This document shows positions 15,039 to 23,152 of a stretch of 31,924 bases of DNA, in pieces (within the stretch, counting starts at the first letter, position 1; the number at the start of each line of letters is the position of its first letter). The stretch is from a virus (Duplodnaviria; Caudoviricetes), in the IMG/VR virus record IMGVR_UViG_3300030606_000035, positions 1 through 31,924 of that record; one strand, written 5' to 3'. Made by a program: the position numbers and the translations under genes. A model generated the notes under the pieces. It had not been told where the DNA came from, made no database searches, and worked only from the letters and a program-made list of their open reading frames with translations.

Positions 15039-15214
15039 GCGACAGGTTGCCTGAAGATGCCGAAGAGCCGCGCCTGTGCCCGAACTGTCGCGCCACACTG
15101 GAGCCAGTGCATCCCGAGGTTCCGGACCATGTGCGGTGCCCGAGTTGCAGGTTTGAGTATATCGACGAGTTCGACGAGTTCGATGTGCTCCCACCCAAGG
15201 CGACGAGCGAATGA
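15035..15214 (+). CDS. Small Zn-ribbon protein
   Basis: CPNC...CPSC; GGAGG RBS; ATGA coupling. Confidence 0.7.
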   Translation: MSDRLPEDAEEPRLCPNCRATLEPVHPEVPDHVRCPSCRFEYIDEFDEFDVLPPKATSE

Positions 15215-15283
15215 GTGACGAGGCCCGGGGAGAACCCCTCGGCCGATCCGCCTGACGAATCGCCGCCGAAATAACACGCCAAC

Positions 15284-15327
15284 TTTACAGGCGCAAGATT
15301 CTTTCATAAACTCTTGTGGCACAAGAG
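15284..15327 (+). promoter_or_regulatory. Putative late-operon promoter with overlapping palindrome
   Basis: TTTACA-17 bp-TAAACT; perfect inverted repeat CTCTTGTG-G-CACAAGAG (15311-15327) over the -10/start site. Confidence 0.6.
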
Positions 15328-15347
15328 GTTGTGGAGGATTTCGCCGA

Positions 15348-15614
15348 ATGCCCGCCAAAAATTCCAGTAGCGCCAATTCCACTAAAGGTCTACGGAAGCG
15401 ATGGAACTCCTTGCTGCACGAGGAGTTAGATCACGAACACCGCCGGCGATACTGGATCACATGTCCGAACTGTGGAACCCGGGAAGCAAACGATTCCCCG
15501 CCAGGGCTCGAATGGCAGCGACTACACTGCCGGCTCTGTGGGCGCCGGGAAGGACTCGACTCCCGGGGCCGACTCGTCGTTTTGCATCCCGGAGATCCCG
15601 CTTGCAGCCGATGA
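15348..15614 (+). CDS. Zn-ribbon protein
   Basis: GGAGG RBS; CPNCG...CRLCG. Confidence 0.6.
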   Translation: MPAKNSSSANSTKGLRKRWNSLLHEELDHEHRRRYWITCPNCGTREANDSPPGLEWQRLHCRLCGRREGLDSRGRLVVLHPGDPACSR

Positions 15615-15951
15615 GGGGGACCTCGATTTCGTCAATCCTCCGCCCGGCTACGGCCGCCGCCGTTCGCAGACCGACGCGCGGGACCTCGTGCGTCAGGCAG
15701 CCTGCCGGGTCATGGAGTCCTACCCGCAAGGCTGCACGTGCCACGCGCCGGAAGGGAAGTCTCGCGCCCTCTGCCCGATCTGCCAGCGATTCTTCCGCGC
15801 CGCGCGTCTGATCCTCTGGCTTGACGGCAAGTCGGCGACGAAGTCCGCGGCCAATGAGGCCGGCAACGACGAGCCGCAAGAGCCCGAAGCGTACGACGGC
15901 AAGTGGGCCGCCGAGCAAATCTCGAGACTGAACCGAGCAAAGACAAACTAG
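15472..15951 (+). CDS. Hypothetical protein, positional candidate for terminase small subunit
   Basis: Ends 1 bp before TerL; CTCH...CPIC; start uncertain because it overlaps the previous ORF. Confidence 0.5.
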   Translation: MEPGKQTIPRQGSNGSDYTAGSVGAGKDSTPGADSSFCIPEIPLAADEGDLDFVNPPPGYGRRRSQTDARDLVRQAACRVMESYPQGCTCHAPEGKSRALCPICQRFFRAARLILWLDGKSATKSAANEAGNDEPQEPEAYDGKWAAEQISRLNRAKTN

Positions 15952-15952
15952 G

Positions 15953-18190
15953 ATGGTCGCCACAGCAATCGGCATTCCAGAACGACTCGCCGCCGTCGTG
16001 CGGTCCTTCGACGTCTTCTGCGATGACTACGCGAAGATCGAAGACAAGCGCACCCGCCGCGCCATCCGCTTCGGCCGATACCCGGATCAGCGCTGGATCA
16101 GCACGCTGCTCAACGAGGGCAAGTGGCTGGTCTGCTTGAAGGCCCGTCAGTGCGGGATCACGTGGCTCGTCGCCGTCTACGTCGTCTGGTGCATGATTAC
16201 CAAGCCGGGCTTCGAGGTCGTCGTGCTCCAGCAGGACAAGAGCTACGCGAAGGCGTTTCTGCGCCGTGTCCGGTTCATCTACAGGAACCTGCCGCCGTGG
16301 CTCCAGATTCCCATGAAGGACAACAATCGATTCGAGTTGTCATTCAGACACCCCGACGGCGAAAGCATCCTGACGGCCATCGCCGGCAGTGACGCCGCCG
16401 GCCGCTCGATGACGGTCAACCTGATCATCTTCGACGAGCACGCCTACATTCCGCAGGCGCAGGAGTCTCGGGAAGGCTGCGAGTTTTCCGTCGAGCGATC
16501 CGACGGACAGATCGTGTCGATCTCGACCGCGGCCGGCATGTACGGCGACTTCTATGAAGTATTCAGCAACGCGCCGGAGAACAAGTATTACCCGATCTTC
16601 CTGTCGTGGCGTTCTGTCCCCGATCGCACCGACGAATGGTATGCCTCCGAGGAACGTCGTCTATCCAACAACCCCGTCCGCCTGAAACGTGAACTGCCGA
16701 ACACGCCGGCGGAAGCATTCATGATGGCGGAGGGGCGATGCTATCCGTCTTTCGATCCGGACCGCCACGTGCGGACATTCGAGCAGGTCGCCGCAGATCT
16801 GAACCTTCACTGGGAACACGCCGAACTGCACCGCGGCATCGACTTCGGCGATGTCTCCCCGTTTGCGTGCCTGTGGGTGGCACACTGGCGAGACCATGCG
16901 CCCGGGTTCACCGTCGATCCATCGTGCGTGAACCTCAACCGCGAGATGCTGGCCTACCACTTCGACGAGAAGGCCCGCAAGAAGCGAGGCAAGGATCGGC
17001 CCGTCAAGCTCGACGATCACGCCTGTTTCCCGGCGGGGACGATGATCGAGACGATGCTCTACGGAGAGAAGTCGATCGACGACATCCGGCGCGGCGACAT
17101 CGTGCGCACGCATCGCGGCTGGGCGTATGTCGAAGTCGGATCGACTCCCACCGGAATCAAGCCCGTCCTCCAGGTCACGCTCGAAGACGGACGCTGGGTG
17201 CGCTGCACCGCAGACCACCCGTTCGCCCTTGCCGACGGCGGATTCTGCCGCGCTGACGAACTCACCGACCAAGACGATGCCTGCGTCTACGCCCCTGACG
17301 ACGAGTGGCGGCGCACGTTCCTTGCAAGGCGAAGCGCCCCGGGCGAGCGCAAGAAGTCGATCCCCGACGAGCAGCGGCTCACGAAGAAAGAGAAGAAGTT
17401 GACCCCGCTGCCGACGCCGGTCCCCCTGACCGCGTGGGACCTGCGGCCGGACCCCAAGGCAATCCGTGAAATGCCGATCATCGGGATGCGCCGGGCCAAG
17501 GTCGCCAAGGTCGAGAAGCTCCCCGATCCGGTCAAGGTCTACTCGATCGCGACCGAGCACGGCACGCATCTCGCGAACGGAATCCTGGTGAGCAATTGCG
17601 ACGCGCTCCGGTACGCCGTCATGTACTTTGACATGCAGGGCCACGTTCACCTCTACCGGGAATTCTACGTCGAGGACTCGACGGGCAAGGGGCGGACGGA
17701 CCTGCACGACATCGAGGACATCCACAAACTGAGCGGGTGGGTTCCGGGCGAGCCTTGGGAGAAAGCCAAGTGGAAGCGGGGCCCGAAGGGGGAAGACCTC
17801 GCCGGAACGGTTGCCGACCGATCGCGTCGCAAGTCCATCGACCTTTACAACGCGATGGACCTTCTCGTCGATCCGTACAAGCACCCACTCGATGACGCCG
17901 AGGTCGGCGGTGGCGGAGACGAGATCATGGACGGCATCCGCCGGCTGAATCTGCTCATCGACGGCACGCGGCCGATCAACAAGACGGTCGTGCTCAGTGT
18001 TGAGCAGCAGAGGGAACTATCGGTCGAGCGTGAAATGCGCGGCCTATCGCGGCTTCCGGCGGGCTCGTGCGACCTCCAGGAAGCGGCATACCGGGACACG
18101 GCGCGGCAAGCGGTGTTGCGCCGCCAACATTTTCGACAGAAACGGTCGGGGGCCAATCGCTACCGGCCCTACGGGCGATGCGTCGCCTGA
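15953..18190 (+). CDS. terL: Terminase large subunit, intein-containing
   Basis: Walker A LKARQCGIT, Walker B IIFDEHA, coupling motif IST, nuclease RGIDFG and DDHA|CDALRY. Confidence 0.95.
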   Translation: MVATAIGIPERLAAVVRSFDVFCDDYAKIEDKRTRRAIRFGRYPDQRWISTLLNEGKWLVCLKARQCGITWLVAVYVVWCMITKPGFEVVVLQQDKSYAKAFLRRVRFIYRNLPPWLQIPMKDNNRFELSFRHPDGESILTAIAGSDAAGRSMTVNLIIFDEHAYIPQAQESREGCEFSVERSDGQIVSISTAAGMYGDFYEVFSNAPENKYYPIFLSWRSVPDRTDEWYASEERRLSNNPVRLKRELPNTPAEAFMMAEGRCYPSFDPDRHVRTFEQVAADLNLHWEHAELHRGIDFGDVSPFACLWVAHWRDHAPGFTVDPSCVNLNREMLAYHFDEKARKKRGKDRPVKLDDHACFPAGTMIETMLYGEKSIDDIRRGDIVRTHRGWAYVEVGSTPTGIKPVLQVTLEDGRWVRCTADHPFALADGGFCRADELTDQDDACVYAPDDEWRRTFLARRSAPGERKKSIPDEQRLTKKEKKLTPLPTPVPLTAWDLRPDPKAIREMPIIGMRRAKVAKVEKLPDPVKVYSIATEHGTHLANGILVSNCDALRYAVMYFDMQGHVHLYREFYVEDSTGKGRTDLHDIEDIHKLSGWVPGEPWEKAKWKRGPKGEDLAGTVADRSRRKSIDLYNAMDLLVDPYKHPLDDAEVGGGGDEIMDGIRRLNLLIDGTRPINKTVVLSVEQQRELSVEREMRGLSRLPAGSCDLQEAAYRDTARQAVLRRQHFRQKRSGANRYRPYGRCVA
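17024..17596 (+). mobile_element. Mini-intein (191 aa, no homing endonuclease)
   Basis: Starts CFPAGTMIET; block B CTADHPF; block F VYSIATE; ends ANGILVSN followed by Cys+1. Confidence 0.92.
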
Positions 18191-18206
18191 ATACGGAGTC
18201 CGAGTG

Positions 18207-18617
18207 ATGGGTCAGATTCTTCGTCGCTTTCAACCGCCCTTGCAGATCGCCGACGCGCTCGACATAGCGGCGGGGCCGGGCAACTCGTCGATCGTACCGA
18301 CGGACGGCGCGGCCGGTGTGGACATCCACGTTCGGGCCGTTCACTCCGGCGGCACGACCGACTCGAACGTGACCGTCGACGTCTACCGGACGTATGACGG
18401 AATCACGGTCGACAGCGAGAAGATCGACACGTTCAACGTGGCCGCCGCCGCGTTCAACGGCTCAAAGTACATCACGCGCTACTACAAGACCGACGAGCAC
18501 GAGAACGGGCTCGGCTGGGGGTTCAGGCTGACCTTCACCCGTCTGGGAGGCGACCGGGCGTCGCTCATCGTGGCGTACGCGCGGCGATGTTACGAAGTCG
18601 ACGTCGTAGGAGGCTAG
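18207..18617 (+). CDS. Hypothetical beta-rich protein, possibly virion-associated
   Basis: GGAG RBS; 136 aa, alternating hydrophobic pattern. Confidence 0.7.
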   Translation: MGQILRRFQPPLQIADALDIAAGPGNSSIVPTDGAAGVDIHVRAVHSGGTTDSNVTVDVYRTYDGITVDSEKIDTFNVAAAAFNGSKYITRYYKTDEHENGLGWGFRLTFTRLGGDRASLIVAYARRCYEVDVVGG

Positions 18618-18992
18618 ATGTCAAGCAAGCAAAGCACTCCCAAGGAAGCGGTCCACGTATCGAGAGGCGGAATCGAGATCACGGGGAACCTGCTCGAGCG
18701 CGCCCAGCAGATGCGAATGGCGCTCGAGCAGTTGGCGCAGGAGGCGGCCAAGGCGAAGTGGTCCGGCGGAAACACTCAGGTTGTCGTCGATCCTATGCAG
18801 TGGGTCACTGCCCTGGTCATTCAGCAGGCCGAGGCGATCGAGAAGCTGTTCGAGCTGACCGAAACCGTCAAGGTCTTGCAGCGGATCATCTTGGAGAACT
18901 CCGAGGAAGCGCCGCCAGATTTGAAGCTCGTCACGGATGACGACTGTCCGCCACAGGAAGATCACCCCACTGATGTCTTGGCGGCAGGGTAG
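18618..18992 (+). CDS. Hypothetical coiled-coil protein
   Basis: AGGAGG RBS; 124 aa. Confidence 0.75.
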   Translation: MSSKQSTPKEAVHVSRGGIEITGNLLERAQQMRMALEQLAQEAAKAKWSGGNTQVVVDPMQWVTALVIQQAEAIEKLFELTETVKVLQRIILENSEEAPPDLKLVTDDDCPPQEDHPTDVLAAG

Positions 18993-18996
18993 AATC

Positions 18997-19377
18997 GTGG
19001 AAATCCCCATCTGGACTATGACGGTCGGCATCACCGTCTCGCTCGTTCTCGGCACGCTCATGGGCTTCTTCATGGGTCGTAGCGGGCACCGGTTGCTGCG
19101 AGACGAAGTTCAACGGCTTCGGCGCGACGTAGACGCTCGCGAATCGCACCTGAAGGTCCGCTCCGAACGCGACGCCGCACTGCTCCGCGCCGCGATGCAC
19201 AAACTGGAGATTCATCCGACCGACGAGGGTCCGTGCCGCACGCAGGACCGATCCATGAAGCGGGTGGCGCAACTGCTCCAACAGCGCAAGAGCGCGCAAC
19301 AGAAGCGTGACGAGCAGTGGGAGAAGGCGAGGGAAGAGCAGTTCGGTGCGGAGGTCGCAGACGATGGCAACGGGTGA
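18997..19377 (+). CDS. Membrane-anchored coiled-coil protein
   Basis: N-terminal TM segment (WTMTVGITVSLVLGTLMGFFMG) followed by helical repeats. Confidence 0.7.
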   Translation: MEIPIWTMTVGITVSLVLGTLMGFFMGRSGHRLLRDEVQRLRRDVDARESHLKVRSERDAALLRAAMHKLEIHPTDEGPCRTQDRSMKRVAQLLQQRKSAQQKRDEQWEKAREEQFGAEVADDGNG

Positions 19378-19576
19378 CTCGATCGCCGTCGATCCTCCAC
19401 AGGGGCAGGTCGAAACCGTCTTCACGCCCGAGGCGATGGCCGAGTTCATTACCAAGGCCGGCGCAGCGGTGGAAGAGCTGGCAAAGCGCGGCGTTCAGTG
19501 CCGGACCGTAACGCTCAATCCGAGCGACGGCACCGTGCATTTCAGTTTCGAGTTCGGCAACAACTTCATGCCATAA
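19364..19576 (+). CDS. Hypothetical protein
   Basis: GGAGG RBS; 70 aa. Confidence 0.65.
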   Translation: MATGDSIAVDPPQGQVETVFTPEAMAEFITKAGAAVEELAKRGVQCRTVTLNPSDGTVHFSFEFGNNFMP

Positions 19577-19587
19577 GGGAGAAACCC

Positions 19588-19791
19588 ATGAACACGAAGG
19601 GCTACAAGAGCGAAGGTCTTCATCACGGCGAGAAGCAGCGTACGAAGCGAGATCGCGACGGCGAGAGCTGGTCGGCGACCGGCGGCGCGGCGGTCACGCC
19701 GGGTCAGTGCCACGGCTACTCCGGCGGCGACGCGATGAAGTCCTCAAGCGCGAAGGGCTACAAGGCGGGCAAGGGCAGCAAGTCCTACTAG
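19588..19791 (+). CDS. Small basic G/K/S-rich protein
   Basis: GGGAG RBS; 67 aa, low complexity, directly before the portal gene. Confidence 0.65.
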   Translation: MNTKGYKSEGLHHGEKQRTKRDRDGESWSATGGAAVTPGQCHGYSGGDAMKSSSAKGYKAGKGSKSY

Positions 19792-19844
19792 CCGCGTAGC
19801 CACGAAAAACCCACACGACGCTTTCCTGAGGGGGAAAGAAGCAA

Positions 19845-22130
19845 GTGGCGTTCGGACGACACTCCGCCGAGCAAAGGCGGGGCCGGAATGACTCCGGCTC
19901 CGCCTTTGCCGGCGTCCATCACATCAACTGGAACGGCCGCCCCAGCGACGGGGAGCTCCTGGCGTTCATCGACGCACAGGTGCAGGCCCACGACGCGCGG
20001 CACCACAATTGGGTGCGCCGCGCCAAGGTTCAACTCGCGTGGGCGGCCGGCGACCAACTCACCGTCTGGGACGATACCACAGGCGCACTCGGCCCATCCG
20101 ACGACGTCAAGGCCGATCGCATCGCCCTGCAAATCAACCGCATCAAACCCGCGGTCCTCAACTGGATCAGCATGGTGACGTCGCGACCGATCACCTTCCG
20201 GGTGACGCCGGCCACGCCCGAGAACGAGGACGTCGCCAACGCGGGCGTCCAGGACCGGCTCGCGAAGTACTATTGGAACCGCCTGCTGGAAGGCGAGCAG
20301 TTCCTCAACGCGCTTTGGATCATCTTTGTCACCGGCATCGGCTTCGTCGAAAGCACCTGGGACCCGGACGCCGGCGGCGAGCTCAGCATCGGCGCCGAAG
20401 ACGTTCTTCCCAACACCTCGTTCGAGGGCAACGGCCAGTCCATCCCGGACCGGCTCCGCAACTTCATCGCCGAGCTCACTGGCAAGAACTCCGACGACGT
20501 AGAGCTGAGCGAAGACGGGCAGACGCGCGTGGGCGAGGGCGATCTCGACTGCAAGTTGCTGACCGGATTCGACATCATCAATCCGCCGCGAGCGACCTCG
20601 ATGAAGGACGCGGCTTGGATCATCACGCGCTCGTTCGAGCCGATCGAAGACATCCGACTCCAGTACGGCAAGAAGGCCGAGGGCATCGAGGGCGGAGACC
20701 GAGACCAGCTCGGCTACAGCACGTATCAAGGCCAGAACTACCGCAGCACGACGTGGCACAACGATAACGAGCACGCGATGGTCTACAAGCTGTGGCGGCC
20801 GCGAAGCCGCGCCTGCGAGACCGGGTACAAGTGCGTCGCCTGCCAGGGCAAGATACTCGAGAAGGGGCCGAACCCGTACGATCACGGCGAAATCCCCATC
20901 GTCCGAATCACCGAACTCCCCAGCGCGAAGGAATTCTGGCCGCCCTCCACCGTCACGGACCTGATGTCGATTCAGGCCGAGATCAACATCACGCACTCGC
21001 AGATCGCGGAGCACAAAGCGTCCACGATCGACCCCCGGATCATCTACGAGCAAGGCGCCGGACTGGCGGACGACGCATTCACCCACCGCGGCGAACTGGT
21101 GGAAGTCCGCAAAGGCTACATCGACAAGGTGAAGCCGTGGGTGCCGGAGCCGCTTCAGTCCTACGTCGCCTACTGGATTCAAAACGTCAACGGCGCGTTC
21201 GAGGACGTCTCCCGCAATCACGCGCCGTCGCACGGAAAGCCCAAGGCCGGGGTGCGGTCCGGCAAGCAGGCGATCGCCTACCAGGAAGCCGACGCGCGAC
21301 TGAACGCGCCCATGATGCGGCTCCTCAAGGAAGGGCTCGGGGACGTCTGCCGGCAGTGGATGGCGATCTTGCACCAGTTCGCCGACGAGGCGCGAACGGT
21401 CCGTATCCTCGGCGATAACAACGAGCCCGAGATCGTGACCTGGTCCAAGGCCGATCTTCCCTACGCCAAGTACAACGTGACCTGCGACCTCGGCCCGACC
21501 GTGGATCAGCAGACGATGATGGAACTCATCGACATGCTGACCGCCCGGGGATGGATTCGCCCCGACAAGCCGGAGGACCGCGCACTCGTGTTCCGGTGGA
21601 TGGGCCAGGGCGTCACGCACGAAATCGACGAAGCCAAGGTCGATCGACGAAACGCCGCTATCGAGAACCAGCGACTGCTCACTGGACAGGAAGTCGCCCT
21701 TTCCGAGGGCGATGACGACACGACGCACATCGAGGAGCACCACAAGGAGCAGAAGAGCGCGAAGTACCGCGAACGCGTGTTGGTCGACAACAGCGTCGAG
21801 CAGATTTTCAACGTCCACATTCGAGCCCACGAGCAGGCCCGCATCGCCAAGCAGATTCGTCAGGAAGTCGAGGCGCAGCGCATCGGTCTCGCGCTCGCCG
21901 CAGAGGCGCAACTGCCCATGCCGGGCGGACCCGGACCGGGCGGACCCGGCGGACCCGGCCCCGGCGGCGGCGCTTCTCTACCGATGATGCAAGGCGGCGG
22001 GCAGGCGCCGCCAAACGGCAAACCGCCCAATCAGGGCACCTACGAACCAAGACAGCCAAAGAACCAAGTCCAAGGCCAACGGGCTCAACGCGCGCCACGG
22101 CTGGGCGTTCAGAAGCGACCCGTTGGGTAA
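19845..22130 (+). CDS. Portal protein (P22/podovirus-like)
   Basis: INRIKPAV, GIGFVESTWD, PNPYDHGEIP, DLMSIQAEIN and RSGKQAIAYQEAD patterns; between TerL and scaffold/capsid; Gly/Pro/Gln tail. Confidence 0.88.
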   Translation: MAFGRHSAEQRRGRNDSGSAFAGVHHINWNGRPSDGELLAFIDAQVQAHDARHHNWVRRAKVQLAWAAGDQLTVWDDTTGALGPSDDVKADRIALQINRIKPAVLNWISMVTSRPITFRVTPATPENEDVANAGVQDRLAKYYWNRLLEGEQFLNALWIIFVTGIGFVESTWDPDAGGELSIGAEDVLPNTSFEGNGQSIPDRLRNFIAELTGKNSDDVELSEDGQTRVGEGDLDCKLLTGFDIINPPRATSMKDAAWIITRSFEPIEDIRLQYGKKAEGIEGGDRDQLGYSTYQGQNYRSTTWHNDNEHAMVYKLWRPRSRACETGYKCVACQGKILEKGPNPYDHGEIPIVRITELPSAKEFWPPSTVTDLMSIQAEINITHSQIAEHKASTIDPRIIYEQGAGLADDAFTHRGELVEVRKGYIDKVKPWVPEPLQSYVAYWIQNVNGAFEDVSRNHAPSHGKPKAGVRSGKQAIAYQEADARLNAPMMRLLKEGLGDVCRQWMAILHQFADEARTVRILGDNNEPEIVTWSKADLPYAKYNVTCDLGPTVDQQTMMELIDMLTARGWIRPDKPEDRALVFRWMGQGVTHEIDEAKVDRRNAAIENQRLLTGQEVALSEGDDDTTHIEEHHKEQKSAKYRERVLVDNSVEQIFNVHIRAHEQARIAKQIRQEVEAQRIGLALAAEAQLPMPGGPGPGGPGGPGPGGGASLPMMQGGGQAPPNGKPPNQGTYEPRQPKNQVQGQRAQRAPRLGVQKRPVG

Positions 22131-22142
22131 GAGGAGAGAAGC

Positions 22143-22922
22143 ATGGGAGCAGAAACCACCACGAAGCCAACCGGTCAGATCGACGACGATCAAAAGCCGG
22201 ATGACATCGAAACAGAGGACGTCGCGTCGGAAGAACCCGGCGACGGCGTCGAGAGTTCACCGTCGGAAGCGGAAGGCAAGGGAAAGACCGCCGACCCGTA
22301 CGCCGGTCTGAACGCCACCGAGCGCGAGTATTTGGAGATCGTGAAGCGATCCGGCGTCACGCCCACGCAGCTCGTCGAGTACGCCGCGGAAGGCTTCGAC
22401 AGCTTTCAGAAGAAGATGAAGGAGCAATCCGACCAGGGCGACCGCAAGAATCGCAACGACGCCGCCGCCGGCGAGGACGACATCGTTCCATTCACGCGCC
22501 GCGAAGCCTTCGACCTCGCCAAGAAGATCGGCGAGACCACGCCGCGGTACGTCGACAGGCAGCTCAAGGAGTACAAGCTGGAAGCGCTCATTGAAGCCCA
22601 CTCCGAGATTTCGGACGATGACGATGCCAGCGACTACGTCCGCTCGAACGCCAGGAAGATGATGGCGAAGGGCACGTCTCCCAAGGACGCCTTCCGTGCG
22701 GCCCACAAGAGGTACCTCGATTGGGAGGGCCGCGTGAAGCAGAAGTCGCTCGCCAAGAAGATCGCCAATCAGAAAACGCGCGGCGATTCAGCGCGCGGCT
22801 CGGCGGCCACGGAACCCCCCAAGATGGACTTCGCGGAATACAAGGACGAGGAGCTCACAGACGACACTGCGATCAAGCGCGCGATGAAGCTCGCGCAGGA
22901 GTTCGAGCTCGCAAGGAAGTAA
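22143..22922 (+). CDS. Probable capsid scaffolding protein
   Basis: Acidic disordered N-terminus and helical body; between portal and capsid genes. Confidence 0.7.
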   Translation: MGAETTTKPTGQIDDDQKPDDIETEDVASEEPGDGVESSPSEAEGKGKTADPYAGLNATEREYLEIVKRSGVTPTQLVEYAAEGFDSFQKKMKEQSDQGDRKNRNDAAAGEDDIVPFTRREAFDLAKKIGETTPRYVDRQLKEYKLEALIEAHSEISDDDDASDYVRSNARKMMAKGTSPKDAFRAAHKRYLDWEGRVKQKSLAKKIANQKTRGDSARGSAATEPPKMDFAEYKDEELTDDTAIKRAMKLAQEFELARK

Positions 22923-23152
22923 TCACCCGACGCACAACACGGGGCGGATCAACGGACGGCTGATCACCGGCCGCTGATTGACGCAAAGAGAAGCAGGGCC
23001 AGTGCGGTGGCCGCATTCCACTCGCACTCGGCCCTTTTTCTTTGCGCCCCGTTTTTTGTTTTCAGTCACTTCAAACCAGACGTGGATTCGGGGGCGAGGC
23101 GGCATGAGCTCGCGAGGCCGCATGGCCGCCCGCCCCCTTGGAGAAAGAAGCA
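22923..23152 (+). promoter_or_regulatory. Structured leader of the major capsid gene
   Basis: Long hairpin ~22983-23045 followed by a T-tract; second GC hairpin 23090-23137 abutting the GGAG SD. Confidence 0.55.

Noticed and set aside
19788-21911. 707-aa antisense ORF (also 23066-24541, 16661-17884, 27727-28908, 24791-25798)
   Set aside because: Shadow ORFs opposite well-supported genes, expected from GC-rich codon bias; no recognisable motifs.
21921-21972. GGACCCGGC-type DNA repeats
   Set aside because: Explained by the low-complexity GPG linker in the portal C-terminus.
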